Of a stretch of DNA of 53,296 nucleotides, positions 44,469 through 53,296 are shown piece after piece (the stretch's first letter is position 1; every line of letters starts with the position of its first letter). The notes beneath the pieces were generated by a model that ran no database searches, was not told the origin of the DNA, and worked only from the letters and a program-made list of their open reading frames with translations. The stretch spans positions 1 to 53,296 of the forward strand of contig JBGPMB010000002.1 of NCBI GenBank assembly GCA_041486775.1, read 5' to 3'. Source of the DNA: Candidatus Eiseniibacteriota bacterium. GTDB lineage: Bacteria > Eisenbacteria > RBG-16-71-46 > SZUA-252. The position numbers were made by a program, and so were the translations under genes.

Positions 44469-45715
44469 GCCCGAAGGGCCGGCCCTTCCTCTGGGGCGCG
44501 GGCGCGCGCCTCTTCCGGAACGAGAGCTTTCGGGCTCTCTGGCTGGGCCAGTTCGTCTCCATCTTCGGGGACCGGCTCCATTACCTGGCCCTTCTCGCGC
44601 TCATCATGGAGCGCGCCCGGGATCCCGGCAACCCGGCGCCCGAGCTGGCGCTCGTGCCGGCGGTGAGCTTCCTCCCCACGATCCTCATCGGGCCCCTCGC
44701 GGGGGCGATGGTGGACACCTGGGACACGCGCCGCGTGCTCGTCGTCTCCGATTTCCTGCGCGGGATCATCGTCCTCCTGATGATCCCCGCCGCCCTGCAC
44801 GGGGGGCTTCCCGCCGTGTTCGGGCTGGTCTTCCTGCTCTATCTCGCGAACTCCTTCTTCCTCCCCGCCCGCTCGGCGATCCTCCCCGACCTGGTCGCCG
44901 AGGATGAGCTGGTGGAAGCGAACTCGCTCGCCACGCTCGCCGGTGTCGTCGCGACGATCGCCGGCTCGGCCCTGGGAGGCCTGCTCGTGGAGCGAACAGG
45001 ATGGCGGTGGGGATTCGGGATCGACGCGGTCACCTACTTCGTCTCGGTGGTATTCCTCGCGATGCTCAAGACCCGTCCGCGCGAGCGGCCCCCGGGCCAC
45101 AAGAGCTGGAGCGAGGTCTACAGCGCCTTGGGACGTGACGTGAAGGAGGGCGCGCGTCTCACCGTCCACAATCGCTTCGTGCTCGGCCCCATCTTAGCCC
45201 TGGTGCTCCTCTGGGTCGCCGGCGGCGCGCTCCACGTGGCCGGAACGGTGCTCCTCCGCCAGCGCATGAGCGGGTTCGTCTCGGGAACCGGCGGCGTTCT
45301 CTCGGCGGTGGGGTTCGGCATGGTCGCGGGAACGCTCCTCACCGCGTGGCGCGGGAGCCGCCGGCCGCCCCGCCTGGGGATGGCGCTCGGGTTGGCCGGG
45401 ACGGGCGTGGCGCTCCTCTTGTTCACGAGGGCCGTCTCGCTGCCGGCGCTCCTCTCGGTGGCCTTCGTCGCGGGCATCTTCGTCGCGATCCTTCTCGTCA
45501 CGACGGAATCCGCGGTGCAGGCGGCGGTGGGCGTGGAGGCGCGCGGCCGCGTCTTCGCCCTGCGCGATTTCTCCACCCGCGTCGCCGTGCTGGCGGCCGC
45601 GGGCCTCCTGGGTTTAGCACTCGGGAGGGGCTGGCTCACGCCGGGCATCGCGGTCGGGGGCGCGGGAGCGATGCTGATCGCGGGGGCCTTGAGCTACGTC
45701 GGATGGAGGCGGTGA
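44465..45715 (+). CDS. MFS transporter
   Basis: TTG 44465 overlaps the GT4 stop (TTGA). It has ~12 hydrophobic segments and an MFS-like loop (GPLAGAMVDTWDTRRVLV). The upstream part of track ORF 43925..45715 is shadow. Confidence 0.75.
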   Translation: MSPKGRPFLWGAGARLFRNESFRALWLGQFVSIFGDRLHYLALLALIMERARDPGNPAPELALVPAVSFLPTILIGPLAGAMVDTWDTRRVLVVSDFLRGIIVLLMIPAALHGGLPAVFGLVFLLYLANSFFLPARSAILPDLVAEDELVEANSLATLAGVVATIAGSALGGLLVERTGWRWGFGIDAVTYFVSVVFLAMLKTRPRERPPGHKSWSEVYSALGRDVKEGARLTVHNRFVLGPILALVLLWVAGGALHVAGTVLLRQRMSGFVSGTGGVLSAVGFGMVAGTLLTAWRGSRRPPRLGMALGLAGTGVALLLFTRAVSLPALLSVAFVAGIFVAILLVTTESAVQAAVGVEARGRVFALRDFSTRVAVLAAAGLLGLALGRGWLTPGIAVGGAGAMLIAGALSYVGWRR

Positions 45716-45749
45716 GAGGATTTCGAAGCGGGAGAACGCTCGCCGAGGG

Positions 45750-46634
45750 CTAGAAGACCTTCTTCCCCTCCGCGAGCATCTCGTTCAGCGCGTCACGGAA
45801 ATAGGGAGTGGAGTTCGCCATCTCCGCCGTGACGCGCTCCTTGTAGACCTCCCAGGATTTCTTGATCTCGTATCCCAGGACCGCGACCAGATTCCCGTCC
45901 TTCACGCCGCGGTCCCGCTTTTCCTTGTTGTAGATGGCGATGTCCGACGCGAGCACCCGCGCGAGACGCCGCGCCCGCTCGTGCTTCAGACGCTCCGCCT
46001 CGGGCAGCCCCGGCGGGATTCCGGCCGAGCGGGAGTACGGGCTCACCGCGGCGGGCTGAGCCGTCCCGGCGTCCGGGGAAGGCGGCATCGGCGAGGAAGC
46101 CGCCTGCGGCGGAGGCGGGGGCATGATCGACTGGGGCGAGGGCACCCGCGGCGGCGGCGGCGGAGCGGCTGGAGACGCCGCCGCAGCGGGCGCCGCGGAA
46201 GCGAACGCGTTGGCGAATTTCTCGATTTCCGCGGGCGAGCCCTGGACGGCCGGCGGAGGGGGCGGCGCGAAGGGCGACGGCGCTCCCTGCGAAGGCGAAG
46301 GCGCGGCCTCGAACGGCGACGTGTCGAACCGTGAGTGCCCCACGGGTGAGGGCATCGCGGGTGAGGGCATCGCTCCGGCGGGCGAGGACTCGAACGGTGA
46401 CGTATCGAACCGCGAGGGCGGCGGCGGCGCGGCCTCGGGCGGCGGAGGAGGAATAGCCGCTTGAGGCGTCGGCGGGATCAGCGGAAGCTCGGCCGGCGTC
46501 GGCGGCGCGGTTGCGGATTTCTCGATGGAAAAAACCGACTGGCACTTGCGGCAACGAACGCGCGCGCCCTGGGCCGGAATCTTCTCATCGGCGATGACGT
46601 AGCGAGCGCCGCATGAGCTGCATTCGACGTGCAT
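45750..46634 (-). CDS. MJ0042-type zinc-ribbon protein with Pro-rich linker and conserved C-terminal domain
   Basis: MHVECSSCGARYVIADEKIPAQGARVRCRKCQSVFSI is the MJ0042 CxxC finger. A long Pro-rich repeat-containing linker follows, then a C-terminal helical domain (RRLARVLASDIAIYNKEKRDRG...). I prefer ATG 46634 (GAGGG 5 nt upstream) to the track's GTG 46640. Confidence 0.7.
   Translation of the reverse strand: MHVECSSCGARYVIADEKIPAQGARVRCRKCQSVFSIEKSATAPPTPAELPLIPPTPQAAIPPPPPEAAPPPPSRFDTSPFESSPAGAMPSPAMPSPVGHSRFDTSPFEAAPSPSQGAPSPFAPPPPPAVQGSPAEIEKFANAFASAAPAAAASPAAPPPPPRVPSPQSIMPPPPPQAASSPMPPSPDAGTAQPAAVSPYSRSAGIPPGLPEAERLKHERARRLARVLASDIAIYNKEKRDRGVKDGNLVAVLGYEIKKSWEVYKERVTAEMANSTPYFRDALNEMLAEGKKVF
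46309..46412 (-). repeat. nested coding repeats in the zinc-ribbon protein linker
   Basis: Two 23-bp copies (46309-46331 and 46390-46412, 2 mismatches) encode SRFDTSPFE twice. They flank a perfect 15-bp tandem duplication (46344-46358 and 46359-46373) encoding AMPSPAMPSP. Confidence 0.85.
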
Positions 46635-46718
46635 CCACACCCTCGTTCGATTGATGTAGGAATCAGGTGGTCGCTATCCCTCTATCGGCTTTCGGAGGGC
46701 CATCTTTCGAGGAATCGT

Positions 46719-48824
46719 CTAGCCGCTGCCCAAATATAGATCGGCCCCCGCGAAGTGGGCCTCGATCCAGCTCTTGAGCTCGGTGCCTCCCCGGGACACC
46801 TCCCCGGAGAGAAGCTCGAGCGCCAGGGTCCGGGCCCCCTCGATGAGGTCCAGATCGGAGACCGGATTCACCGCCCGGAACTCCGGAAACCCGTGCTGGG
46901 ACGTGCCCAAGAGCTCCCAGGGACCGCGAATCTTGAGGTCCTCTTCCGCCAGCTCCTGCCCGCTCTCGACCCGCTTGAAGATGGCGAGCCTTCGCCGCGC
47001 GGGCTCCGCGGTCTCCTTGCGGACCAGGAGCACGCACCGCCCCGGACGCTCGGCTCGACCGACCCGCCCCCGAAGCTGGTGGAGCTGGGCCAGCCCGAAA
47101 CGCTCCGGATGCTCGATCACGATGAGCGTCGCGTCCGGGATGTCGAGCCCCACCTCCACGACCGTGGTGGCGACCAGAACGCGCGCCTCCCCGCTACGGA
47201 ACCGCTCGATGGCGCGGCGGCGCTCCGCGACCTTGAGACGTCCGTGCACCAGCACCACGCCGGCCTTCGCCAGACGTTCGACGCGCCCGAGCTCCTGCGC
47301 CATGGCCGTGGCCGACTTCAAATCGGTCGTCTCCGATTCCTCGACGACCGGATACACGACGAAGGCGCTCCCACCGCGGTCCATCTCGGCCCCGAGCACG
47401 CGGGCCAGGGCCTCGATGCCCCCCTCTCGGAGCAGCTCGGTCCGGATGGGAGCGCGGCCGGGCGGCCGCTCGGTCAGGAGCGAGAGATCCAGATCGCCGT
47501 AGAGGGCCATCGCCAGGGTGCGCGGGATCGGGGTCGCGGTGAGCACGAGGAGATGCGCGTCCTTGAATCCGGTGCTCTTCGACGCGAGCGAGACCCGCTG
47601 ACGCACGCCGAACCGGTGTTGCTCGTCCACGACCACGAGCCCGAGCGAACGGAAGCGAAGGTCCTTTTCCAAGAGCGCGTGGGTTCCGATCACGAGCGAG
47701 ATCTCGCCCGAGGCCAGGCCCTCGAGGATGCCGGCCCGCTCCTTCGTGGGCGTGGCCGCGGTGAGGAGCGCGTAGCGGAATCCGCCCGCACCCAGGAGCC
47801 GCGCCGCGGTGTCCGCGTGCTGCTCCGCGAGGAGGGCCGTGGGCGCCAAGATCGCGCTCTGTGTCCCGGCCCCCGCCGCGCGCGCCGCCGCGGCCAGCGC
47901 CAGGACCGTCTTCCCGGAGCCGACGTCACCCAGGAGAAGCCGCCGCATGGGCACGTCCTGGTCCAGATCGCGATCGATCGCGGCGAGCGCTTCCGCCTGC
48001 GAGCGGGTGAGTGTGAACGGAAGCGCGTCCCGGAACCGTGCCGCCTCCGCGGCGCCCCGCCCGAGCGGATGGGCGGCGCGCCGTCCGCGGTGGCGCTCCC
48101 GCGCGTAGAGAAGCGAGATCTGGACGCGCAGAAGCTCCTCCAGGGCGAGCCGCCTTCTCGCGGGCTCGGCGTCCTCCGGGCGCTCCGGGAAATGCACGCG
48201 CTCCAGCGCGTCGCGAAGCGACGGGAGCCCGTGCGCGAGCCGCCAGGCCTCGGGAACGGGATCGGGGATCTGAGGCAGCGAGCGCACCGCGTCCTCGACC
48301 CGCGCGCGGAGCCAGCGCTGGGCCACGCCTTGCGTGAGGCCGTACACGGGAGTGACCCGCGCGAACCGGGACGCTTCGGTGCCCGGGTCCTCCGCCTCGA
48401 ATTCGGGATTGTGCATCTCGAGCCCGTGGAAGGGCTCCACCGGACCCGCGAAGTAATACCGCTCTCCCGCCGTGAGCGCGCGCTCCACGAACGGCTGATT
48501 GAACCACACGGCCCGCAGCGCCCCCGTCTCGTCCTGGATCACGCCCGAGACGTCGCGCCGTCCGCGGAACCGCCGCTCGACGCGCACCGTCCGGAGCGTG
48601 CCCAGCACGGAGGCCTCCTGGTTCGGCCTCAGGAAGGCGATCGGCGTGACCAGGCGGCGGTCGCGGTAGGCGCGGGGAACGTGGAAGAGGAGGTCGCGGA
48701 CCGTGCGGATCTCGAGCTTGGCCAGACGCCGGGCCATCTCGGGGCCGACGCCGCCCATGAAGCGCACCGGATCGTGGAGGGAGGGCATCGGGAGGATGCT
48801 AGGGGCCGTTGCCCCCGGCGTCAA
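46719..48824 (-). CDS. recG: ATP-dependent DNA helicase RecG
   Basis: 701 aa with Walker A GDVGSGKT, a DEQHRFG box, a wedge domain N-terminus and TTVVEVGLD. The start is uncertain: TTG 48824 or ATG 48788. Confidence 0.9.
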   Translation of the reverse strand: MTPGATAPSILPMPSLHDPVRFMGGVGPEMARRLAKLEIRTVRDLLFHVPRAYRDRRLVTPIAFLRPNQEASVLGTLRTVRVERRFRGRRDVSGVIQDETGALRAVWFNQPFVERALTAGERYYFAGPVEPFHGLEMHNPEFEAEDPGTEASRFARVTPVYGLTQGVAQRWLRARVEDAVRSLPQIPDPVPEAWRLAHGLPSLRDALERVHFPERPEDAEPARRRLALEELLRVQISLLYARERHRGRRAAHPLGRGAAEAARFRDALPFTLTRSQAEALAAIDRDLDQDVPMRRLLLGDVGSGKTVLALAAAARAAGAGTQSAILAPTALLAEQHADTAARLLGAGGFRYALLTAATPTKERAGILEGLASGEISLVIGTHALLEKDLRFRSLGLVVVDEQHRFGVRQRVSLASKSTGFKDAHLLVLTATPIPRTLAMALYGDLDLSLLTERPPGRAPIRTELLREGGIEALARVLGAEMDRGGSAFVVYPVVEESETTDLKSATAMAQELGRVERLAKAGVVLVHGRLKVAERRRAIERFRSGEARVLVATTVVEVGLDIPDATLIVIEHPERFGLAQLHQLRGRVGRAERPGRCVLLVRKETAEPARRRLAIFKRVESGQELAEEDLKIRGPWELLGTSQHGFPEFRAVNPVSDLDLIEGARTLALELLSGEVSRGGTELKSWIEAHFAGADLYLGSG

Positions 48825-48831
48825 ACGGCCC

Positions 48832-48860
48832 TTGCCCCACCGAGCGGCCGAGGGTACACT
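48832..48860 (+). promoter_or_regulatory. sigma-70-like promoter for rpmB
   Basis: TTGCCC (48832-48837), 17-nt spacer, TACACT (48855-48860), about 30 nt upstream of the rpmB ATG. Confidence 0.4.
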
Positions 48861-48891
48861 CGGACGCTCTCTTCAGACTCAGGAGGATTTC

Positions 48892-49116
48892 ATGGCCAGG
48901 CTTTGCGACATTTGCGGCAAGGGCGTTCAGCATGGGCAGAACGTGAGCCACGCCCACAACGTCACCAAGCGCCGCTGGGAAGTGAATCTGCAGACCGTGC
49001 GCGCCGTCGTTCAGGGAAAGCCGAAGAGGCTTCGGGTCTGCACCCGCTGCATCCGCACCGGCGCCGTCACGAAAAGCATGCGCGCCAAAGAAGCGCAACG
49101 CGCCCGGGCCGTCTAG
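48892..49116 (+). CDS. rpmB: 50S ribosomal protein L28
   Basis: Internal ATG of track ORF 48703..49116. The sequence MARLCDICGKGVQHGQNVSHAHNVTKRRWEVNLQ is canonical L28. AGGAGG lies 5 nt upstream. Confidence 0.9.
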   Translation: MARLCDICGKGVQHGQNVSHAHNVTKRRWEVNLQTVRAVVQGKPKRLRVCTRCIRTGAVTKSMRAKEAQRARAV

Positions 49117-49140
49117 GCCAGGACGCGCGCGCTCGTTCGT

Positions 49141-49175
49141 GAAGCCCGCCCCCAAGGCGGGCTTCGTTGTTTCTT
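49141..49175 (+). terminator. Rho-independent terminator after rpmB
   Basis: GAAGCCCGCC-cccaa-GGCGGGCTTC, a perfect 10-bp stem, followed by GTTGTTTCTT. It lies between the convergent rpmB and ftsZ. Confidence 0.8.
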
Positions 49176-49178
49176 CCC

Positions 49179-50435
49179 CTAGTCCATCTGCTTCCGCATG
49201 AAGGCCGGCACGTCCATGTTGTCCCGGACGATCGCCCGTCCACCGAACGGACGGCGGGGCGACGGCGACGCGATCCGGTACCCCGGACGGCTGGCCGCCA
49301 CCACGGATTCCTCCTCCGTCGAAGGCTCCTCGAGGGTGGTCGAAGGCGCGACGGCCGCGGCCGGCCGCGCGATCCGATCCCGCGGCTCGACCATGGGATA
49401 GATGCGAGGCTGGGCATGCGCGGCGGCAGGCAGCCCCATCCCACGCTGCTGGACCTGCTGCTGCTTCGGCTCGCCCTTCCCGAACCCGGTCGCGATGACC
49501 GTGATCGAGAGCCCGTCTCCCATGTTCTCGTCGATGACCGCGCCGAAGATCACGTTCGCGTCGTGCCCGGCGGCGTCCACCACCACCGTCACCGCCTCGT
49601 TGATCTCGTGGAGCGTCATGGATTCTCCGCCCGTCACGTTCACCAGCAAGGCCTCCGCGCCCGAGATCGAGATGTCGTCGAGCAGCGGGCTTGAGACCGC
49701 CGATTGCGCCGCCTCGTACGCCCGGTTTGGACCGGTCGCGTGCCCCGCCCCCATGAGCGCGTTCCCCCGCTCCGCCATCACGGTCTTCACGTCGGCGAAG
49801 TCCAGGTTCACGAGCCCCGGCACCGTGATCAGGTCCGAGATTCCCTTCGTCGCGTGATGGAGCACCTGATCCGCCACGCGGAAGGCTTCCTTGAGCGGCG
49901 TGGTGCGGTCCACGATCGTGAGGAGCCGCTGATTCGGAATGACGATCAGCGTGTCCACCCGTTCCTTCAATTCGCGCAGACCGTCCTCGGCCAGCTGCAT
50001 CCTCCGGCGGCCTTCGAACTCGAAGGGCCGCGTCACCACGGCGACGGTGAGCGCTCCCTGCGCCCGGGCGATGCGCGCCACGACCGGGGCCGCGCCCGTG
50101 CCGGTGCCGCCGCCCATGCCCGCGGTCACGAACACCATGTCCGCGCCTTCGAGCGCCTCGGCGATCATGGCCTCGTCTTCCTCGGCCGCGTCGCGCCCGA
50201 CGTTCGGATTGGCCCCCGAGCCCAGCCCCTTCGTGACATTCGTGCCGAGCTGGAGCTTCTTCGGGCTCAACGACTGGTCCAGCACCTGCGCGTCGGTGTT
50301 GGCGGCGATGAATTCCACCCCCGAGAGACCGGACTGGATCATCCGGTTCACCGCGTTCCCTCCCGCGCCCCCGACACCGATCACCTTGATCGAGGCACCC
50401 AACACTGCTTTCCCGTCATCGATCAACTCGAGCAT
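49179..50435 (-). CDS. ftsZ: cell division protein FtsZ
   Basis: [11 protein letters not shown] tubulin signature, [14 protein letters not shown], and a Pro-rich linker ending in the conserved C-terminal peptide DVPAFMRKQ. Confidence 0.95.
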   Translation of the reverse strand: MLELIDDGKAVLGASIKVIGVGGAGGNAVNRMIQSGLSGVEFIAANTDAQVLDQSLSPKKLQLGTNVTKGLGSGANPNVGRDAAEEDEAMIAEALEGADMVFVTAGMGGGTGTGAAPVVARIARAQGALTVAVVTRPFEFEGRRRMQLAEDGLRELKERVDTLIVIPNQRLLTIVDRTTPLKEAFRVADQVLHHATKGISDLITVPGLVNLDFADVKTVMAERGNALMGAGHATGPNRAYEAAQSAVSSPLLDDISISGAEALLVNVTGGESMTLHEINEAVTVVVDAAGHDANVIFGAVIDENMGDGLSITVIATGFGKGEPKQQQVQQRGMGLPAAAHAQPRIYPMVEPRDRIARPAAAVAPSTTLEEPSTEEESVVAASRPGYRIASPSPRRPFGGRAIVRDNMDVPAFMRKQMD

Positions 50436-50463
50436 CGCCTGACTCCTCCCCTCGTCCCGCTGG

Positions 50464-51696
50464 TTAGACCAGCTCCTCGATCCACTTCTTCAACCCGAAC
50501 GATATACGGCTCAACACCCCCTGCTCGGTCTTGTGCGTCCGAGCACCCAACATGTGGGCGTGGATCGCCAATCCCACGCCCGTCGCAAATCGTGGATCAC
50601 ACACCGCCTCGGTCAGCCCCGAGATTCCCATGGGCACTCCGAGACGGACCGGCAGATCGAATACCTGCTCGGCCAGCTCCGTCATCCCTTCCAGGGACGA
50701 AGCGCCGCCGGTCAGCACCACGCCGGCGCCCAGGAGATCGGCGATGTGGTTCTTGCGAATCTCCTTCTTCCCCAGCTCGAAAATCTCTTCGATGCGGGGC
50801 TCGATCATCATCGCGAGCATGTGTCGCGAGACCTCGCGGTCCAGCCGCCCGCCCACGCTCGGCACCTGCACGACCTCTTCGGGGCGCACCATGGACGTGA
50901 GGGCACAGCCGCTCTGGAGCTTGAGCTGCTCGGCGCGCTCCACCGGCGTCCGCAGCCCGATCGCCAAATCGTTGGTCACGTTGGAGCCCCCGAGGCCGAT
51001 CACCGCGGTGTGGCGCACGCTCCCCTCGTAGAAGATCGCCACGTCGGTCGTTCCCCCGCCGATGTCGAAGAGCGCCACCCCGAGATCCCGCTCATCCTGG
51101 GTCAGCACCGCGTCCGCGGAGGCGAGCGGCTCGAGCACCAGCTCTTCCACCACGAGCCCGGCGCGCTCCGCCGCGCGGATCACGTTGCGGCACGCGGAGG
51201 CGGCGCCGGTGATGATGTGCACCTCGGCCTCCAGCCGCACGCCGGACATCCCGACGGGATCGCGGATCCCGTCCTGGTCGTCCACGATGAACTCTTGCGG
51301 CAGGACGTGGAGAATTTCCCGATCGGTCGGGATGGCGACCGCCTTGGCCGCCTCGATCACGCGCTCGAGGTCGCCCGCTCGAATCTCCGCGTCCTTGCGC
51401 GAGACCGCGATCACACCGCGGCTGTTGATGCCGCGGATGTGGTCCCCCGCAATCCCGGCGTAGACGCCGCGAATCGTCCTGCCCGACATTCGCTCCGCTT
51501 CCTGTACCGCGTACTGGATCGACCGGGTCGTTCGTTCCAAGTTGACGACCACGCCGCGCTTGAGCCCATCCGAGGGAGCCGTCCCGACGCCCACGATGCG
51601 AATCCCTTCGCCATCCTCTTCCGGCTCGGCGACGATGGCCGTGATCTTCGTCGTGCCGATGTCCAGCCCCGCGTAAATGAGCGCCTCCCCCATCAC
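50464..51696 (-). CDS. ftsA: cell division protein FtsA
   Basis: Actin-fold motifs GLDIGTTKI and DIGGGTTD, 410 aa, in the conserved position between ftsQ and ftsZ. Confidence 0.9.
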   Translation of the reverse strand: MMGEALIYAGLDIGTTKITAIVAEPEEDGEGIRIVGVGTAPSDGLKRGVVVNLERTTRSIQYAVQEAERMSGRTIRGVYAGIAGDHIRGINSRGVIAVSRKDAEIRAGDLERVIEAAKAVAIPTDREILHVLPQEFIVDDQDGIRDPVGMSGVRLEAEVHIITGAASACRNVIRAAERAGLVVEELVLEPLASADAVLTQDERDLGVALFDIGGGTTDVAIFYEGSVRHTAVIGLGGSNVTNDLAIGLRTPVERAEQLKLQSGCALTSMVRPEEVVQVPSVGGRLDREVSRHMLAMMIEPRIEEIFELGKKEIRKNHIADLLGAGVVLTGGASSLEGMTELAEQVFDLPVRLGVPMGISGLTEAVCDPRFATGVGLAIHAHMLGARTHKTEQGVLSRISFGLKKWIEELV

Positions 51697-51706
51697 GTTC
51701 CTCCGG

Positions 51707-52540
51707 TCACACCTTGTCCCGCGTCGCGGGTTCTCGGTCCAAACTGTCCGGGGCGCACCGGACGATCACTTGTCCTCGATAGCGCGCATCAACGCCCAGC
51801 ACACGCCGGCCGCGCTCGCGCAGGTCACGGAGCGTCGCCGCGAGCGCCTTCAGACACCGCGGCGTCGCACGCTCCGGATCGATGAAGATTGGGATCTGAT
51901 CGCGGGACGTCCGAAGCACGAGCCACCGCGGATCGGTCGCCACGATCTCGGAGATCTCGGGCAAGAGCCCCACGTCCGGGGCCTCGAGCCGCGACACGAG
52001 ACGGAGGATCTCGGAGAAGCGCGCCGTGAGCACACGCGCGCCAGGAGCGCGATTCGGAACGGCGAGCCCGGTGACCACGGGGCGGTCCGCGATCAGCCCT
52101 CGGGCAAGCGGGGGCAGAATCGTGCCCCCGGAATCCACCTCGAGAAGCATCCCCGCGTTCAGGAGCACGTACGGCCGGCGCTCACGCACCGAGACGCGCA
52201 CGGCCGAGGGCCAGAACTGCACCGAGGCGCTCTCGATCCGTGGGTTGCGCTTCAAGGCTCGTACGATCTCGGCGGGCCTCACATCGAAGAGGCTCTCCCC
52301 TTCGCGAACCGCGATCGACGATCGCACCTCGTCGCCGGAGAGATAGAGAAGCCCCCGCACTTCGACGTGCCCGGCCTGGAAGAGCTGCATGGTACCGAGC
52401 GCCCGGGAGACGGGGCCCGCGAGCCTCGTGAGCCCCCATGCCGCCAGGAAGAGGAGCAGCGCCAAGGCGAGAATGCGGCGATTTCGGCGGCGCCGCTCGG
52501 GAAGCCGCAACCGCGCGGTCGCGCGGCAGCCCGCTCTCAT
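51707..52540 (-). CDS. ftsQ: cell division protein FtsQ (POTRA domain)
   Basis: ATG 52540 overlaps the murC stop (ATGA). A basic N-terminus and TM (ILALALLLFLAAWGL) are followed by a POTRA-like VEVRGLLYLSGDEVRSSI. The upstream track extension is shadow. Confidence 0.75.
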   Translation of the reverse strand: MRAGCRATARLRLPERRRRNRRILALALLLFLAAWGLTRLAGPVSRALGTMQLFQAGHVEVRGLLYLSGDEVRSSIAVREGESLFDVRPAEIVRALKRNPRIESASVQFWPSAVRVSVRERRPYVLLNAGMLLEVDSGGTILPPLARGLIADRPVVTGLAVPNRAPGARVLTARFSEILRLVSRLEAPDVGLLPEISEIVATDPRWLVLRTSRDQIPIFIDPERATPRCLKALAATLRDLRERGRRVLGVDARYRGQVIVRCAPDSLDREPATRDKV

Positions 52541-53296
52541 GCGGCGCCTCCCCTCGCAAGAGTTCCCACCCGGTGCACGTCTCCCGCGCCAATCGTCACG
52601 AAGAGATCCCCTGCGCGCAGGATTTCGCACGCCGCGCGCGCGGCCTCGGCGAAGTCGGCCGCGATCCGCACGCTCATCGATCCGTGCGCGCGGATCGCCT
52701 CGGCGAGCCACTCCGACGTGACCCCCGGGATCGCCCGCTCTCCCGCGGGGTAGATGGGCAGAAGCACGAGCTCGGCCACTCCCTCGAAGCAGACCGCGAA
52801 ACGGTCGCGAAGCGCCCGGGTCCGGGTGAAGCGGTGGGGCTGGAAGACGGCGACGATGCGTCGCCCGTAGGTTTTCTGGAGGGCCTGGATCGCGGCCTCG
52901 ATCTCCGTCGGATGGTGCGCGTAGTCGTCGACCCAGAGTGCGCCGCGCACGTCCCCGCGCACCTCGAGCCTCCGGCCCACGCCGGCGAACTCGCCCAACG
53001 CGTCCCGGATCGCGGCCATCGGTATGCCGAGCTCCCAACCCGCGACGACCGCGGCGAGCGCGTTCCGCGCGTTGTGCGCGCCGGTGACTTTGAGCTCGAT
53101 CGCGCCCTCGTCCCGCCCCCGCGCCCTGAGTCGGAAGCGCACCCCACGCGCGTCCACCGTGAGATCCACGCCCTGAAAATCGGCGCCGTCGGAGAATCCG
53201 TACGTGAGTAGCCGCCGCTTCACGCGCGATCGGAGCGGCGCCGCGTTCGGATCGTCATGGGGCAACACGACGGTGCCGTAGAACGGGACGCGGTTC
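52537..53296 (-). CDS. murC: UDP-N-acetylmuramate--L-alanine ligase (C-terminal part; 5' end off window)
   Basis: TGAHNARNALAA, DDYAHHPTEI and VFQPHRFTRT motifs. The frame stays open to the window edge beyond the track's first Met. Confidence 0.85.
   Translation of the reverse strand, partial: NRVPFYGTVVLPHDDPNAAPLRSRVKRRLLTYGFSDGADFQGVDLTVDARGVRFRLRARGRDEGAIELKVTGAHNARNALAAVVAGWELGIPMAAIRDALGEFAGVGRRLEVRGDVRGALWVDDYAHHPTEIEAAIQALQKTYGRRIVAVFQPHRFTRTRALRDRFAVCFEGVAELVLLPIYPAGERAIPGVTSEWLAEAIRAHGSMSVRIAADFAEAARAACEILRAGDLFVTIGAGDVHRVGTLARGGAA

Noticed and set aside
3942-53038. Long N-terminal extensions of real genes appear in the track. Examples are 3942..5969, 7279..8472, 13871..15094, 14812..15966, 19064..20671, 22238..23473, 26081..28012, 27454..28701, 29319..30890, 31689..33269, 33082..34848, 36662..37993, 41474..42628, 43925..45715 and 51707..53038.
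   Set aside because: The extensions overlap the upstream gene by hundreds of nt and are Arg-rich junk. In each case an internal ATG/GTG/TTG sits exactly at the family's normal N-terminus, usually overlapping the upstream stop by 4 nt.

Overview
The window is a very GC-rich, gene-dense bacterial chromosomal segment; GC content was judged by eye, not computed. I call 59 protein-coding genes. I found no rRNA, tRNA, CRISPR array, transposase or integrase. From base 1 to about 36.9 kb every credible gene is on the minus strand. This run is mostly core housekeeping: accC/accB, aroQ/aroB, an ECF sigma module, rnc, the plsX-fabHDG-acpP-fabF lipid cluster, rpmF, ndk, sucCD, ADP-heptose genes, galE, rpe, rsmB-fmt-def, yajC and tgt. 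Many junctions are 4-nt start/stop overlaps. The right third holds trpA, recG, rpmB and the murC-ftsQAZ end of the division cluster. The track's long Arg/Pro/Gly-rich ORFs antisense to these genes are shadow ORFs, and many track ORFs carry spurious N-terminal extensions, which I trimmed. Two loci are the best candidates for undescribed biology. (1) 30.5-36.9 kb is a csrA-led cassette. It encodes CsrA, a translationally coupled small helical FliS-like protein, and a 60-aa FlgM-like protein. These are followed by a roughly 600-codon HEAT-repeat frame split by one in-frame TAG, a PAS histidine kinase, a sigma-54 activator and a CheR methyltransferase fused to a degenerate receiver. No flagellar, MCP or CheA/W gene lies nearby. 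(2) 38.1-42.3 kb encodes an MglA-family GTPase with a roughly 235-aa C-terminal extension and no MglB. It is flanked by a TPR protein, an orphan trpA, an unknown 137-aa protein and an unlisted 65-aa Cys/His-rich ORF. Smaller oddities include: a DegP-like protein lacking catalytic His and Asp beside the ECF sigma/anti-sigma pair; a frameshifted kinase-less PASTA protein; pilT wedged between accB and accC; basic low-complexity tails on RNase III and SucD; and a tgt gene with only a CTG start. All family calls rest on motif recognition by eye, with no database search.
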